Shown here in pieces: positions 51,109 to 63,232 of a stretch of DNA of 64,000 nt. The DNA lies in assembly GCA_013239625.1 (NCBI GenBank), contig MU053487.1, positions 3,307,058 through 3,371,057 of the forward strand, given 5' to 3'. Position numbers and translations under genes: made by a program. Each line of letters starts with the position of its first letter. Positions within the stretch are counted from its first letter, which is position 1. This DNA comes from Lama guanicoe. Lineage: Eukaryota. The notes beneath the pieces are model-generated. The model was not told the DNA's origin and did no database searches. It saw only the letters and a list, made by a program, of their open reading frames with translations.

Positions 51109-52564
51109 CCATCCTTAGCCTCCTCAGGCCCTGTGGTCTGTTGACTCGTTCCTTTCTCCCCACCTCTGTCCTCTGTGCTCAGATTAGAGGGAATAAACCA
51201 TCATTTAAGCTATTGAGAGAGATCATTTCTCTGGATTGCCAACACCCTACACTTGAACCCATTTACCCTTTGGTTGTGTCCAGCTACCAAAACCATAGCA
51301 GCAGACAAGCCCCTTTGTCTGCCTTCTCTCTTCCTGCGCCCTGACAGCTGGTCACTGCCAGAGAGTCACACTGCTGGCAAGTCTTCCAAGAAGCCATGGT
51401 CACCAGCATCAACTGGGGCTTTAATAGCACCTCGTTTTCCTATCAGCTTTTTCTAGTCAGCTTGTTTTCCAACTCTCAGTGGTGGCTATTTCTAACCTCC
51501 ACTCTGCCCACCTCCCTTTTCCCACCTCCTACCAGATAGCTGCTCCTCCTCCTCTCAAAGGAGAAGCTATCATCTGGCAGCTCCCCAAGCTTGCCATCAC
51601 AGAATCTTTAACCTCCACTCCTTCCTCCTCCGGGAAGAGGTCTGGGAGCAGCTGAAGGCAGGGCCTGTTCCTCCTCTCAAGCCTTGTCCCCCACCTTAGA
51701 CGTGGGGACTGGGTACAACAGTTGTGTCTGGAAGGATGGGAGAGTTCCCCTCAGTGGAGCTGGGGCCTTGTGGGGGAGGGCCAGTGCTCCAGGTGCTGGG
51801 AACAGTGCAGAAGGCCTGGGGCTGGCTCACATGGGGATTTCCCCAGCCTGCCTTGTCCTGTTCTATCCCTAGTCTGGCCTGCACCCCTGGAGTAGAATGC
51901 TGCTCCTACCCCACCCCGAGCCCTTCTGTGCCCCATTGTGACACTGCTCCCCAGATACCGTGGAACCCAGGGGTTCTGCCTCCGTGTCTGGCTGGGCCTG
52001 GATTGTGGTCAGGTGGGCCCTGGCTTTGGCTTGTAGTCCTGTCTCCAGGGAGAAGGGACTGGGAGGGTGTGGAGGATGGCAATTATGATGACACTGGCAA
52101 TTGTGGGACCGCCTTCTCAGCACAGATGTGGACAGGAGCCCACCAGGGCCTGTTTGGCTGTGGGGGGTCTGTGGAAGGAGCAGGCTGCCCTCCCGGGAAG
52201 CGTGAGTTCCCAGGTGTGGCACCTGGCCATTTCCTGCTCTCACTCGGGGGGCCTGCTCCTGACCATACCACCCTGTTCCAAGCCTCTATTTCCTCTTTTG
52301 TACACTGAGAACGTATTAACCTGGGGCCTGTCCTCCTGTCAGGGGATCTTTGGGAGCAAGTGTTCCAAGGTCTTGCAGACTGTCAGGCCCCTGCAGATAT
52401 TTGGATGATGCTAGGGGGACACTGAAGGGAACCCTGCAGGGGAGGCTGGCTCCCGGCCCAAGAGCCAGATCTCTGTGAGCAAAGCAAAGGTTCCCTTCCC
52501 CGCTTCCATCCCTGAGAAGTCTCCTCTATCCTGTGACACCCCTTCCAGCCTCAGACACACACAC

Positions 52565-52830
52565 TGTATTAGTTTCCTGTTGCTGCTGTAACAACTTACC
52601 ACAAACCTTGTGGCTTAAAACAACACAAATTTATTACCTTATAGTTCTGGAGGTCAGAAGGCTCAAATGGGTCTCACTGGGCTAAAATCAAGGTGTCACA
52701 GGGCTGCATTCCTTTCTGGAGGCTCTAGGGGAAAATTCATTTCCTTGCCTTTTTCAGCTTCTAGAAACTGCCCACATTCCTTGGCTCATGGTCCCCTTGT
52801 ACCTTCAGCACCAGCAAAGGCTGGTCAAGG
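52565..52830 (-). mobile_element. MaLR LTR (MLT1-type), partial
   Basis: tgtattagtttcctgttgctgctgtaacaacttaccacaaacc...ggcttaaaacaacacaaatttatt. Confidence 0.85.
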
Positions 52831-52859
52831 CTTAACAGATGCAGCTGAAGTTTATTCAG

Positions 52860-52937
52860 TTTCACTGCTATATTATATTGTATTCCACTATATAAATAGA
52901 CAACAGTTTATCCTTTCCTCTGCTAATGGGCATTTGG

Positions 52938-52972
<35 letters not shown>

Positions 52973-54020
52973 TTTTCGTATTTGAAGTGTGTTGTCAAAA
53001 GTGTGTTGGGACTTTTCTTGGATCATATGTTCAACTGTTTCCCCAGAGTATATGCCTGGGACTAGAGTTGCTGGATCATGAGATGGGGGAATATGCAGCT
53101 CTATGGGACAACGCCAAATTGTTTTCCAAAGTGGAACTATGAATAACCCTGCCAGAAATGTATGAAAGATAGACCCTTGGTATTGTCAGACTTCATAAGT
53201 TTTCTCCAGCAGATGAATGTAAATATCTCATTATGGTCTTGATTTTAATTTCCCTTATTATTAAAGAGGTTGAGCATTTCTTCACACGTTTGTATAAATT
53301 TCATTTTCGAAATGCCCATTCATGTCTGTTCCCATTTTTCTACTGTCTTTATATTATTGATCTATTGGGCTCTTTATATATTCTTGATGGGTTTTTTTTT
53401 GACAGTAGTGTTTATAGTATATTCTCCTAGTTACGACTTTTTAAATTTTACGATTTTCATTTTTAAATAGTCAAATTTATATTTAAGCATTTTTTGGTTA
53501 GCATAAAATAGCAAGCTTTTGTGTCCTGATTAAGCAATCTTTTTTCACCTGAGAGTCAAAAATATATTCCCTGTATTTTCTACTAAAAGTTTGTATTCTT
53601 TAAATCTAGGTCCATTTTAATAGAGCTAAAATTTCTGTTTATGATGTGAGACATGAATCTAATGTTAATTTTTTTCTACTTACTGATCTGTCATGATAGT
53701 CTCTCATATCAAGACCTTGTCTGCATAAATCTATTTCTACTTCCTTTATTTCTGTCTTAACTTTATAATATCCTGTATTTATTTGGGTTTATTCCTACTG
53801 TTTATTTTTCACTTCTTCTAATGGGGATTTAGTTTATAAATTTTCAGTCTTTCTGATTTTCTATTATAAAGCAATTAAAACTATAAATTTCCCACAGACT
53901 ACCACTTTTTATACCACCCAGGAGTTTTGATATAGTATAGTTTTCACTTATAATCAGTTATACTATCACTAATTTATAAAAAATCAAAATTTTCATTATG
54001 ATCTCTTTGACTTCTGAGAT
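52860..54020 (-). mobile_element. Ancient L1 (L1ME-like) fragments
   Basis: Degenerate minus-strand L1 motifs (ttttaatttcccttattattaaagaggttgagcattt); further fragments at ~55940-56480 and ~58030-59660. Confidence 0.6.
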
Positions 54021-54044
54021 AGTCACAAGTTTATTAAAATACGA

Positions 54045-55930
54045 ATTTATAAAACTTACAAATAAAATTTAGAAAAAATATATATATTCCATGTTCATGG
54101 GTTGGAAGATTCAATATTCTTAAGATGTCACTTCTTCCCAACTTCATCTATAGATTCAATACAATCTCAGTCAAAAGCATAGCAAGCTATTCTGCAAGTA
54201 TCAACAAACTGATTTTAAAATTCAAATGGAAAGGCAAAAGGCCTAGATACTCAACATAATAGTGAAGAAAAACAAGGTTGGAGGCTTCACACTACCTGAT
54301 TTTAAGACTTCCAATGGAGTCTTCCATAATCAAAATAGCATGGTATTTATGAAAGAGCAGGCACATAGAACCATGGAACAGAATAGAGTCTAGAAATAGA
54401 CCCATGTAAGTATTGTCAACTGGTCAAAGAAGCAAAAGCATTCAATGGAGAAAGGATAGTCTTTAAAAACGTTACTGGAATAAGTGGATGACCATATGCA
54501 AAAATTTAATGTAAACACAGATTTACATCCTTAACAAAAATTAATTTGAAGTAGATCATAGACCTAAATGTAAAATGCAAAACTATATAAAACTTTTAGA
54601 AGACAACATAGGAGAAAATCTAAATGACCTTGCTTTTGGTAGTGAGTTTTTAGATACAACACTAAAGGCAAAATCTATGAAAGAAAAATATTGATAAGTT
54701 GGACTTTCTTAAAATAAGAAACTTTTGCTCTGCAAAAGGTGCTGTTAAGAGAATAAAAAGGAAAGCCACAGACTGGAGAAAGTATTGGCAAAACATATCT
54801 GATAAAAGATGTGTATCCAAAATATACACAGAACTCAAAACTCAACAATGAAGAAGTAAACATCCCAATTAAAAAATGGGCAAAACTGGGGGGAGGATAA
54901 AGCTCTGTGGCAGAGAGAAGGCTTAACATGCACGAGGTCCTGGGTTCAATCCCCAATACTTCCATTTAAACAAACAAAGAAACCTAATTAACCCCCCTCC
55001 CCCCCAAAACAGGCAGAAGATCTGAAAAGATAACTCAGATAACTCATCAAAGAAGATACACAGGTGGCAAATCAGCATATGAAGAGATGCTCAACATTAT
55101 TTGTCGTTAGGGAATTGCAATTTAAAAGAATGCAAAAATGAAAGAATGAAATAACATTACACATCTATTATTATGGCTAAAATCCAATAAACTGACAATA
55201 CCAATTACTGGCAAGGATGCCAAACAAGAATTTTCATTCATTGGTGGTGGGAGTGCAAAATAGTATAACTACTTAGGAAGGCTGTTTGGCGGTTTCTCAC
55301 AAAGATAAACAGTTTTACCATATGATCCAGCATTCGTGTTCCTAGATCTGAAAATTATGTCCACACAAAAACCTGCATGCAAATGTTTATAGCAGTTTTA
55401 TTCACAGCTGCCAAATACTGGAAGCAACCGGGATGAATGGATGGAAGCAGTAGATGAATGGATAAACAAACTGTAGTACATGGATATGTTGAAATATTAT
55501 TCAGCTGTTTAAAAAGTGAGCTCTTAAGCCGTGAAAAGATATGGATGACCCTTAGGTGCATACTGCTTAGTGAAAAAAGCCAGTCTGAAAATGCTATATA
55601 ATGTATGATTCCAGCAACATGACATGCTGGAAAAGGCAAGATATACTGTAAAAAGATCAGTGGTTGCCAAGGGGTTGAGAGGAGAGAGGAGGGTTTACTA
55701 AGTGGAGCATAGGAGATTTTTTAGGGCAGTGAGACTTCTGTCTGATACTCTAAATAGTAGATACATGACTCTCTGCCTTTGTCAAAACCCATACAACTTT
55801 ACAGCCCAAAGAGCGAACCTTGCTGTATACAAATTTTAAAAAAATCATTTAGGAGATGGAAGGACTACAGGATGGAATGCAGACAGTGATAAATGAATAT
55901 AACTATATTACAAATGTATGAAAAATATAT
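54045..55930 (+). mobile_element. L1 (L1MC/MD-like) ORF2 3' part and 3'UTR
   Basis: ccatgttcatgggttggaagattcaatatt (PCSWVGRFNI) through typical 3' motifs. Confidence 0.88.
54888..55010 (+). mobile_element. tRNA-derived SINE (camelid Vic-1-like) inside L1
   Basis: ggggaggataaagctc...catgcacgaggtcctgggttcaatccccaatacttcc with a tail matching the 5137 copy (gaaacctaatta...ccccc). Confidence 0.87.
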
Positions 55931-56488
55931 GGGAATTTTAAATTAAGCTATTAAGCTGTCTGTTAGTGACTTCTAATTTAACTGCACTATAGTCAGAAGA
56001 CAGGTATATACCATGCCTGTTCTTTAAAATTTGTCGAGGCTTCCTTTATTGCCTAGTGCCTGATAAAGTTTTGCAAATGCTCCAAGTAAGCTTGAGAAAA
56101 ATGTGTATTCTCTAGTTGTTAGATGCAGAATTTGATAAACGTCCATTAGATTAAGTTTGTTAACTATGTTTTTCAAACAATCTATACATTTTTATCTTTT
56201 TGGCCCCTCAAAAAAGGTGCATTGAAATTTCTCTATGACATTGGAGCTGTCCATTTCTCCTGTGAGGTATACCCATTATTTTATATACTTGAAGACATTT
56301 ATTAGGTTCGTATATAATTAAAATTAATTTTTAGATAATGAATCTGTATTCCAAATGATACTTTATCTTATGTTTTTGGTAATAACATACCTTAATCAGG
56401 TTTCTCTTGATTAATGTTTGCCTAATATAACTTTTTATCCTTTTACTCTCAGCCTTTTCATATCCTTATGCTTTAACTGTGCCTTCTT

Positions 56489-56620
56489 ACAGGGTGACCA
56501 AGTTGTCATCAAAATCAAGACCCCTGTGAGAAGGAAAAGAGGCAGTATGAATTATTACAGAAGCACAAAGACATAAACTGGCTATGTTCTGGGAAAACTG
56601 GGAAATATTGGCTGCCATAT
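56489..56620. mobile_element. Small hAT element (MER96B-like)
   Basis: Starts cagggtgacca; recognition only. Confidence 0.4.
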
Positions 56621-56659
56621 TTAAAAACAGCATATATTTAAAACTCAATCCAACTATCT

Positions 56660-58027
56660 TTTTTTATATATTTTTTTTTATTGAAGTATATAGTCAGTTT
56701 ACAATGTTGTGTCAATTTCTGGTGTACAGCATAATGCTTCAGCCATACAGAAACATATATTTATTCATTTTCATATTCTTTTTCAGTATAAGTGACTCTA
56801 AGATATTGAATATAGTTCCCTGTGCTATGCAGTATAAACTTGTTTTCTATTATATATATATATATATTAGTTAGTATCTGCAAATCTCAAACTCCCAATT
56901 TATCCCTTCCCACCCACTTCCCCCCTTGGTAACCATAAGTTTCTTTTCTATGTGAGTTGGTTTCTGTTGTATAAATAAGTTCGTTTGTCTTTTTTTTTTA
57001 AGATTCCACATATAAATGATACTATATGGTATTTGTCTTTCTCTTTCTGGCTTACTTTACCTAGAATAACAATCTCCAGATCCATCCATGTTGCTGCAAA
57101 GGGCATTATTTTATTCTTTTTTATGGCCGAGTAGTATCCCCTTGTATAAATGTACCACAGCTTCTTTATCCAGTCATCTCTTGATGGACATTTAGGTTGT
57201 TTCCATGTCTTAGCTATTGTATATAGTGCTGCTATGAACGTTGGGGTGCATGTATATTTTTGCATTAAGGTTCCTTCTGGATATATAGATGCCCAGGAGT
57301 GGGGTTGCTGGATGATGTGGTAAGTCTATTTTTAGTCTTTTGAGGAATCTCCATATTGTTTTCCATAATGGCTGCACCAAACTACATTCCCACCAACAGT
57401 GTAGGAGGGTTCCCTCCAGCAGTTATCATTTGTGGGCTTTTGAATGATGGCCCTTCTGACTGGTGTGAGGTGATACCTCATTGTAGTTTTCATTTGCATT
57501 TCTCTGATAATTGCGATATTGAGCATTTTTTCATGTGCCCATTGGCCATTTGTATGTCTTCATTGGATAATTGCTTTTTAGGACTTCTGCCCATTTTTGG
57601 ATTGGGTGGTTTGTTTTTTTTTTTCTTATTAAGTTGTATGAGCTGTTTATATATTCTGGAAATCAAGCCCTCATCAGTTTCATCTTTTGCAAATATTTTC
57701 TCCCATTCCATAGGTTGTCTTTTTGTTTTGCTTATGGCTTCCTTTGCTGTGCAAAAGCTTATAAGTTTAATCAGGTCCCATTTGTTAATTTTTGCTTTTA
57801 TTTCTGTTGCCTGGGTGGACTGCCTTGGGAAAACATTGCTGAGATTTATGTCAAACAGTGTTTTGCCTGTGTTTCCTTCTAAGAGATTTATAGTGTCTTG
57901 CCTTATGTTTAAATCTTTAAGCCATTTTGAATTTTGTGTGTGTGTGTATGATGTGAGGGAGTGTTCTAACTTCATTGATTTACATGCAGCTGTCCAGTTT
58001 TCCCAACACCATTTGCTAAAGAGACTC
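56660..58027 (-). mobile_element. Young 5'-truncated L1 (ORF2 C-terminus and 3'UTR)
   Basis: Minus-strand ORFs [24 protein letters not shown]... and [24 protein letters not shown]...; closely similar to the 19536-21141 copy; T-rich tail at ~56660-56680. Confidence 0.93.
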
Positions 58028-58689
58028 TGACAGTGTCTTTTAACTAGTGATGATATACTTTGATTCATTTTTCCAACCACAACGACTGAAATCCACTTTT
58101 TCTGTTTCTTTTTTTCTCCTCTTTCTCTCACTTTTTCTAGATTGAGGTTTTGTTTTTGTTTTTCCCTTTAGTCTACCTTCTTCCACTACTGTTTTCTAGC
58201 TATATTATTATAGTGGTTATCCTTGAAATTTTATCATATAAAGGTAACTTTGAAATGTAAATTTGGCTTCTTTCTCCTACACCTTGAGCAATACAACAGA
58301 AAGATTTTAGGGTACTCTGGCTCTGACCATTCCCATCCTGGTATATATTATTGCTGCTCACCATTTTATCTTTTTTTTTTAACTCTACAGTTGAACAGAA
58401 TTTCTATTAATGCAGTCAATATTTGAATTTGGTTATATGTTTACCATTTTGATTGCTTATCACTGCATCTCAGGCTGTCCTCCTGACATATAATTTTCCT
58501 CTTCCTTATCCTACACAAGTTAAATCAGGTCTCTTGCCCTCAATTTTTGACTATAACTGTCTTTATTTCACTCTAGTTCTTGACAGATAATTCTGCTGAG
58601 TAAGCAGTTCTAGGTTTGCTATTATTTCCTATCAACACATTGAAAATACTCTTCACTCTCTGCTGGTTTTCTTGTTACTTAACAACTTG

Positions 58690-58874
58690 ACTTTTTTTTT
58701 TTAACGTATTAAAGTTTATTTTAAAAGGTAAAGTTTTATGTATCCTTTTAAAAATGAAAGTTCAAAAGTTTTAAGAGTTAAGCAATGAGTCTTCAATATT
58801 ATAAAGCTATTTATAACAATCATTAAAGTAGTGGTAACATTTTACCCTTATAAAAATGTTACAGAATTCAGATC
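58690..58874 (-). pseudogene. Retroposed polyadenylated RNA 3'-end fragment (source gene unidentified)
   Basis: Poly(T) 58692-58702, TTTATT (AATAAA on minus) 58715-58720, flanking direct repeat ACAACTTG at 58682-58689 and 58875-58882. Confidence 0.6.
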
Positions 58875-59340
58875 ACAACTTGGATCCTCAGTGAGTCAAG
58901 TGTCTTCTCTTACACAGGAAGGGTTTTGTCAGTTTGAAGATAAAATTCCTCCAGATATGCTGTCCACAACTTTTGTTTCTTAACAGAAGACTATGGATTC
59001 CACTCATTTGTCTGTGATCTGTCTTCTCTCTAGATGTTTTTGAAGATCTTTTCTTTGTCACCAGTGCTCTGCAGCCTTGTTGCAATGGGTTTCTCTTTTA
59101 TTTACTCTGCTTGGGATACGCTGCTTCCTGAATCTAAGGATTCATGTTTTTCAACTTTTAGAAAATGGATCGCTTTCATCTCTTTAAACATCGCTTCTCC
59201 CGTTCTCCCACCAGGCCTCCAACTAGATGTGTGTTAAATCTTCTATCTTTCAAATCTCTTTACTTCTCTTTCACATTTCAGCTGTGTACTCCAGTTAGCT
59301 AATTCTTCTCGTCAAATCTATGTAACCTTCCCTTTAGTCT

Positions 59341-59380
59341 TTTTTTTTAAATTGAGGTATAGTCAGTTTATAATGTTGTG
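59341..59380 (-). mobile_element. Extremely 5'-truncated L1 (~40 bp)
   Basis: Poly(T) plus attgaggtatagtcagtttataatgttgtg, matching the L1 3' terminus at ~56680; TSD TTCCCTTTA(G/A)TCT at 59328-59340 and 59381-59393. Confidence 0.8.
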
Positions 59381-60403
59381 TTCCCTTTAATCTTTTTACT
59401 GCAACAACAGTAAATCAACAGTTTTGATTTGTACAAGTTCGGTGTCTTCCCTCCAAAGGTGTCTGCTCTTTGCCTCTGATTGTAAGTCCATTTCTGTAAT
59501 TACAACTTTCATCTCTTTAAAAAGTTTGTCTGATAGCTGTTCTGCATTCTAACATTTCCAACATCTGCAGTCTAAGTCTCTTGTTTCTTCTTTCCATTGA
59601 CTCTCACAGTGACTTAACTTCTCATGGGTTTGACATTTGTTCTGAGCCCTTTGCTTCATCTTGATCTGTGAGAGCCTTGCAAGCTTAATTTGGAGAAATT
59701 TTTCTTCAGCGAAGACTTGGCATCTGCTTCTGCTGGTCGTCAAGGGGTGCCCCAACCCAGGACGTCTTCAGCCCCACTGAAGGTAGCAGCTCAAAACAGA
59801 GTTTCAAGCTTAGTCTCCCCTCCTTGCTGCTGTCCCGAGAGCATAGCCTTCCAGTTGCTGTTGTTACCTCACTCCTCCCCCTCACCTGCCCTTCTAGTTC
59901 GGCTCTCTGCTGCTGTCTGTCACTCTACCATTTTGGTGCCCACCTCTAAGGTCAAGGCTTCCAGTCACCCACCTTGGCTTCAATTCTTGGCAACTTCTGA
60001 GCCCAATTTTTGTTTTAAAGGAATGGTCCATGAAGACCTCGCCTACCTTTTGTAAGACTGTGGTGCCTGGATATGTGTGTGTGTAAACAGAGTTTCAGCT
60101 GTGGGGAAATTGTAGGAGACCTTGTCAGAATTTAGTCATTCATGACAATAGAAGCATAGCATTTTCTAAAACATTAAAAAAAAATCTTAAGTGCACTAAA
60201 AAGCAGGAATGGGTGGGCCAATGGTAGGGTCTTATTAACTAAGAAACTTCAGAAGCAAAGGAGGGAATTACAGAGAACATCAGGGCTGGAATCTAAACTG
60301 TTCTAAGCCAGAGGCCAGTTTCTGGCCAGTGGCTCCCATGATGGTCTCTGATGTCTGAAAAGTGGTGTCAGTAGAGGCTGAGCTGCATCCTTTCTTTGAG
60401 CAG

Positions 60404-60919
60404 ATGGCAAAGGAAAACAACTCCATGGCGGAGCTCAAATCCCAGCATAATTTCAGGAGCTTCAACCAACATGAGGCAGCAGAATGCCCCCGCTCCTTGT
60501 CCCTGGAGGGGCTACTGTGCAGATTGAAGGCCATAGAAGCCAAGAAGGATGACAAGTTTGCCAACATCCTGAATGCAGTGGGGGAGTTTGGCACATTCCA
60601 GCGGAGGCTGGTGGCCCTCACCTTCATTCCCAGCATCCTGTCTGCCTTCTTCCTGTTTGCTGACATCTTCGTGTTCACACCCCAGAAGCCCTATTGCAAC
60701 ACCAGCTGGATACTGGCAGTTGGACCCAACTTGTCAGAGGCTGAGCAGATGAATCTGACCCTGCCCCGAGAATCCAATGGCAGTTTCCTGACATGCCTCA
60801 TGTACGTGCCTGTGGACTGGGATCTGAATTCTATCATCCAGTTTGGCCTCAACCACACAGACACATGTCAAGATGGATGGATCTATCCTGAGGTGAAGAA
60901 GAGGTCACTCATCAATGAG
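60404..60919 (+). CDS. SLC22A14: SLC22A14 first coding exon
   Basis: gagcag ATG GCA...AAT GAG|gtgt; 516 nt, 172 codons. Confidence 0.93.
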
Positions 60920-63232
60920 GTGTGCCTTGTCCTGAGTTGTCTGTAGCTACCCTACGGCCCCAGAGATGTGCCCTCACCCTCACTGAGCAGGCGGGGAAAC
61001 CGAGGCTCAGAGAGGGGAAGCAGTTGGCCCAAGGTCACCTGGCAGAGGGAGGGCCAGGGCAGTAACAGGATTCCGTTGGGCAGCTCTGGTCTTGCCTGTC
61101 TTAGCCAGGAAGCTAGAGTGGATTGGGGGTGGGGTGGGGGCAGATGGCAGATGGCAGAAAGCAGGGTTTGCCGTCTGTCTGGGGAATTGCTTCTGTGGTT
61201 GTGGCTCTGCCCTCTGAAATCGCAGAAGATAGGGAATTAGGAAAAGAAGTATCTTTGATCTGGTACCCCTCACGGCGTTTCTCAGCCTGCGCCGCCAGCT
61301 GGGCCTTTCACAGCACAGACCTACCCAGTTTGGTTTTCTAGGCTGGGACCTAGCATCTGTATTTGGGAAACTATCTTCAGTGGTTCTGGTCTTTGCTCAG
61401 TTACCTGTCCACCTATCCCCCTCTGGGCCTGTGCCTCTGGTCCCTCTTTCCAGGCCTGACTCCCAGAGTCTGCCAGGTGCAGGATGAGACGCAGAGGTAA
61501 CAGAGCTGAGGCATGCTGCACACACACAGTTACCTGCCCCTGTCCCAGGCACCTTCTGCCTAAAGGCCATCCTGGGGGGAGGCCCAGTCCCTGGACCTTG
61601 AAGTCCCTGGATGGAGGCCTGTGGCCAATCCCTGCTTATAACCCCCAGTTTGACCTGGTGTGTGGCAGGGAAGCCAACACGCGTATCGTGCAGATCATGT
61701 TCTTGGCAGGCTTCTTGACAGGGTCTCTCATCTTCGGGTTCATAAGTGACAAGTAAGTATCCTCGAGTTCTCTCTGGTCCCCAGGATGCCCCTGCCTCCT
61801 CCTCGTGGCCATTCATAGCTGGAGAGTCCCGATTTGGGGGAGGCAAAGGTAGGGGCTCTCCAGGGGCGAGTGAATGGCTGGGGACCTGGTCCTGGGTGGG
61901 GCTGGGGCCAGCCGCAGAGGTCCCCACGCTTGGCGCAGCCTCCCTTCCATGCCCGCAGGCTGGGCCGCTACCCCACCATCCTCCTGTCGCTGCTGGGGTT
62001 GATCATCTTCGGTTTCGGGACAGCCTTTGTCAGCAACTTTCACCAGTACCTGTTCTTTCGCTTCGGCGTGTCCCAGGCTGTGATAGGCTATGTCATCAGC
62101 AGCGTGTCTTTAGGTGAGGCGGGCGCTGGGGTGGGACACTGGGGGCAGGGGCACTGGTGGCAGGCGCGCACCTACCCAGAGCCCGCAGGACAGATGGCGT
62201 TGTGGCCCAACCGGGCAGCCAGTGGAGGTCTCGAGATGCCGGAGAATCTGTGCCCACACTGCCCTTGCACCTTCTTCCCCCTGGTACTCCGTACACCCGC
62301 CTCGATACCCCTTTCTACCCCCCACGTGGCTTACACCTACTGAGCCCTCAAGAAGGGCCAGGCAGCTGCTAAACCCTCTATAGTATTGTCTCCTTTCATG
62401 CTGACAACTCTCTATTCAGTAGACACTACTGTATTATTCCTTTAGCTGAGGGGGATACTTGAGCCTCAGAAAGTTAACCAACTTGATCACGGTCACACAG
62501 CGATTAAGTGAAAGACCTGTATGAGGCAAAAGCCCCCAGTGCCCATACATTTATTCAGCCTCACAGCTGCCATCACCTGGTGTGGAACCCTGCCCCCGGT
62601 TCTCATCGGGTGCTTTCCAGAGCCCAGCCAGAGGGAACTGGGTTCTCCACAGAGCCCTAGGTCTAGGCGACCAAAGCGCTGATGTACAAAGAGCAATGAC
62701 AAGGACAGAGATGCCTTGCCTTGCTGTCTGTCGGGCCATGTGTAAGGTACTGTGCCCAGGACAGGCCTTTTCAGTGAGAGGCTGGATGTGTTCAGAGGGA
62801 GCAGTCAGGCTGAGGACGGACTGGAGGCTCTCTGTGTGGTTGGGAGCTCAAGCAAGGGGCCTACAGTGTGCCCTGTGGAGCACAGAGGCATTCTGCCTGA
62901 GTCTGAAGGTCTGTCTCTGGACCCAGATCCTGAGCAGGCAGAAGAACTTCTGCCCAGTCTGAACCGTCCCGATCAGGGCTGGGGCATCTCAGAAGGCTGG
63001 GAGCAGGGGCAGCCCTGGAGATCCTTAGCTGATTATGATTTTGTCCTCTCTGCCTCTGCACAGCCACTGAGTGGCTAGTGGGCGTGCACCGGGCCCACGC
63101 CATCATCCTGGAACAGAGCTTCTTCGCTGTGGGGGCCATGTTCCTGACGGGCCTTGCCCACAGCCTTCCCCACTGGCGGCTGCTGTATCTGGTGGGCGGG
63201 GCACCTGTGTTCTTCCTCATCTCCTATATCTG
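60404..63232 (+). CDS. SLC22A14: Solute carrier family 22 member 14 (ORCTL4), 3'-partial; first four coding exons
   Basis: Exons 60404-60919, 61649-61752, 61959-62113, 63064-63232 are in frame with GT-AG. MAKENNSMAELKSQ...DDKFANILNAVGEFGTFQRRLV...SLINE|FDLVC...; the long N-terminal extension is typical of SLC22A14. Confidence 0.96.
61649..61752 (+). CDS. SLC22A14: SLC22A14 coding exon 2
   Basis: FDLVCGREANTRIVQIMFLAGFLTGSLIFGFISD(K); 104 nt. Confidence 0.96.
61959..62113 (+). CDS. SLC22A14: SLC22A14 coding exon 3
   Basis: LGRYPTILLSLLGLIIFGFGTAFVSNFHQYLFFRFGVSQAVIGYVISSVSL; 155 nt. Confidence 0.96.
63064..63232 (+). CDS. SLC22A14: SLC22A14 coding exon 4
   Basis: (A)TEWLVGVHRAHAIILEQSFFAVGAMFLTGLAHSLPHWRLLYLVGGAPVFFLISYI(W); 169 nt. 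Confidence 0.96.

Noticed and set aside
60362..60403. Upstream GTG start for SLC22A14 in the ORF track
   Set aside because: Non-ATG start lying in probable intron/acceptor sequence; the ATG at 60404 fits the orthologous N-terminus as I recall it.
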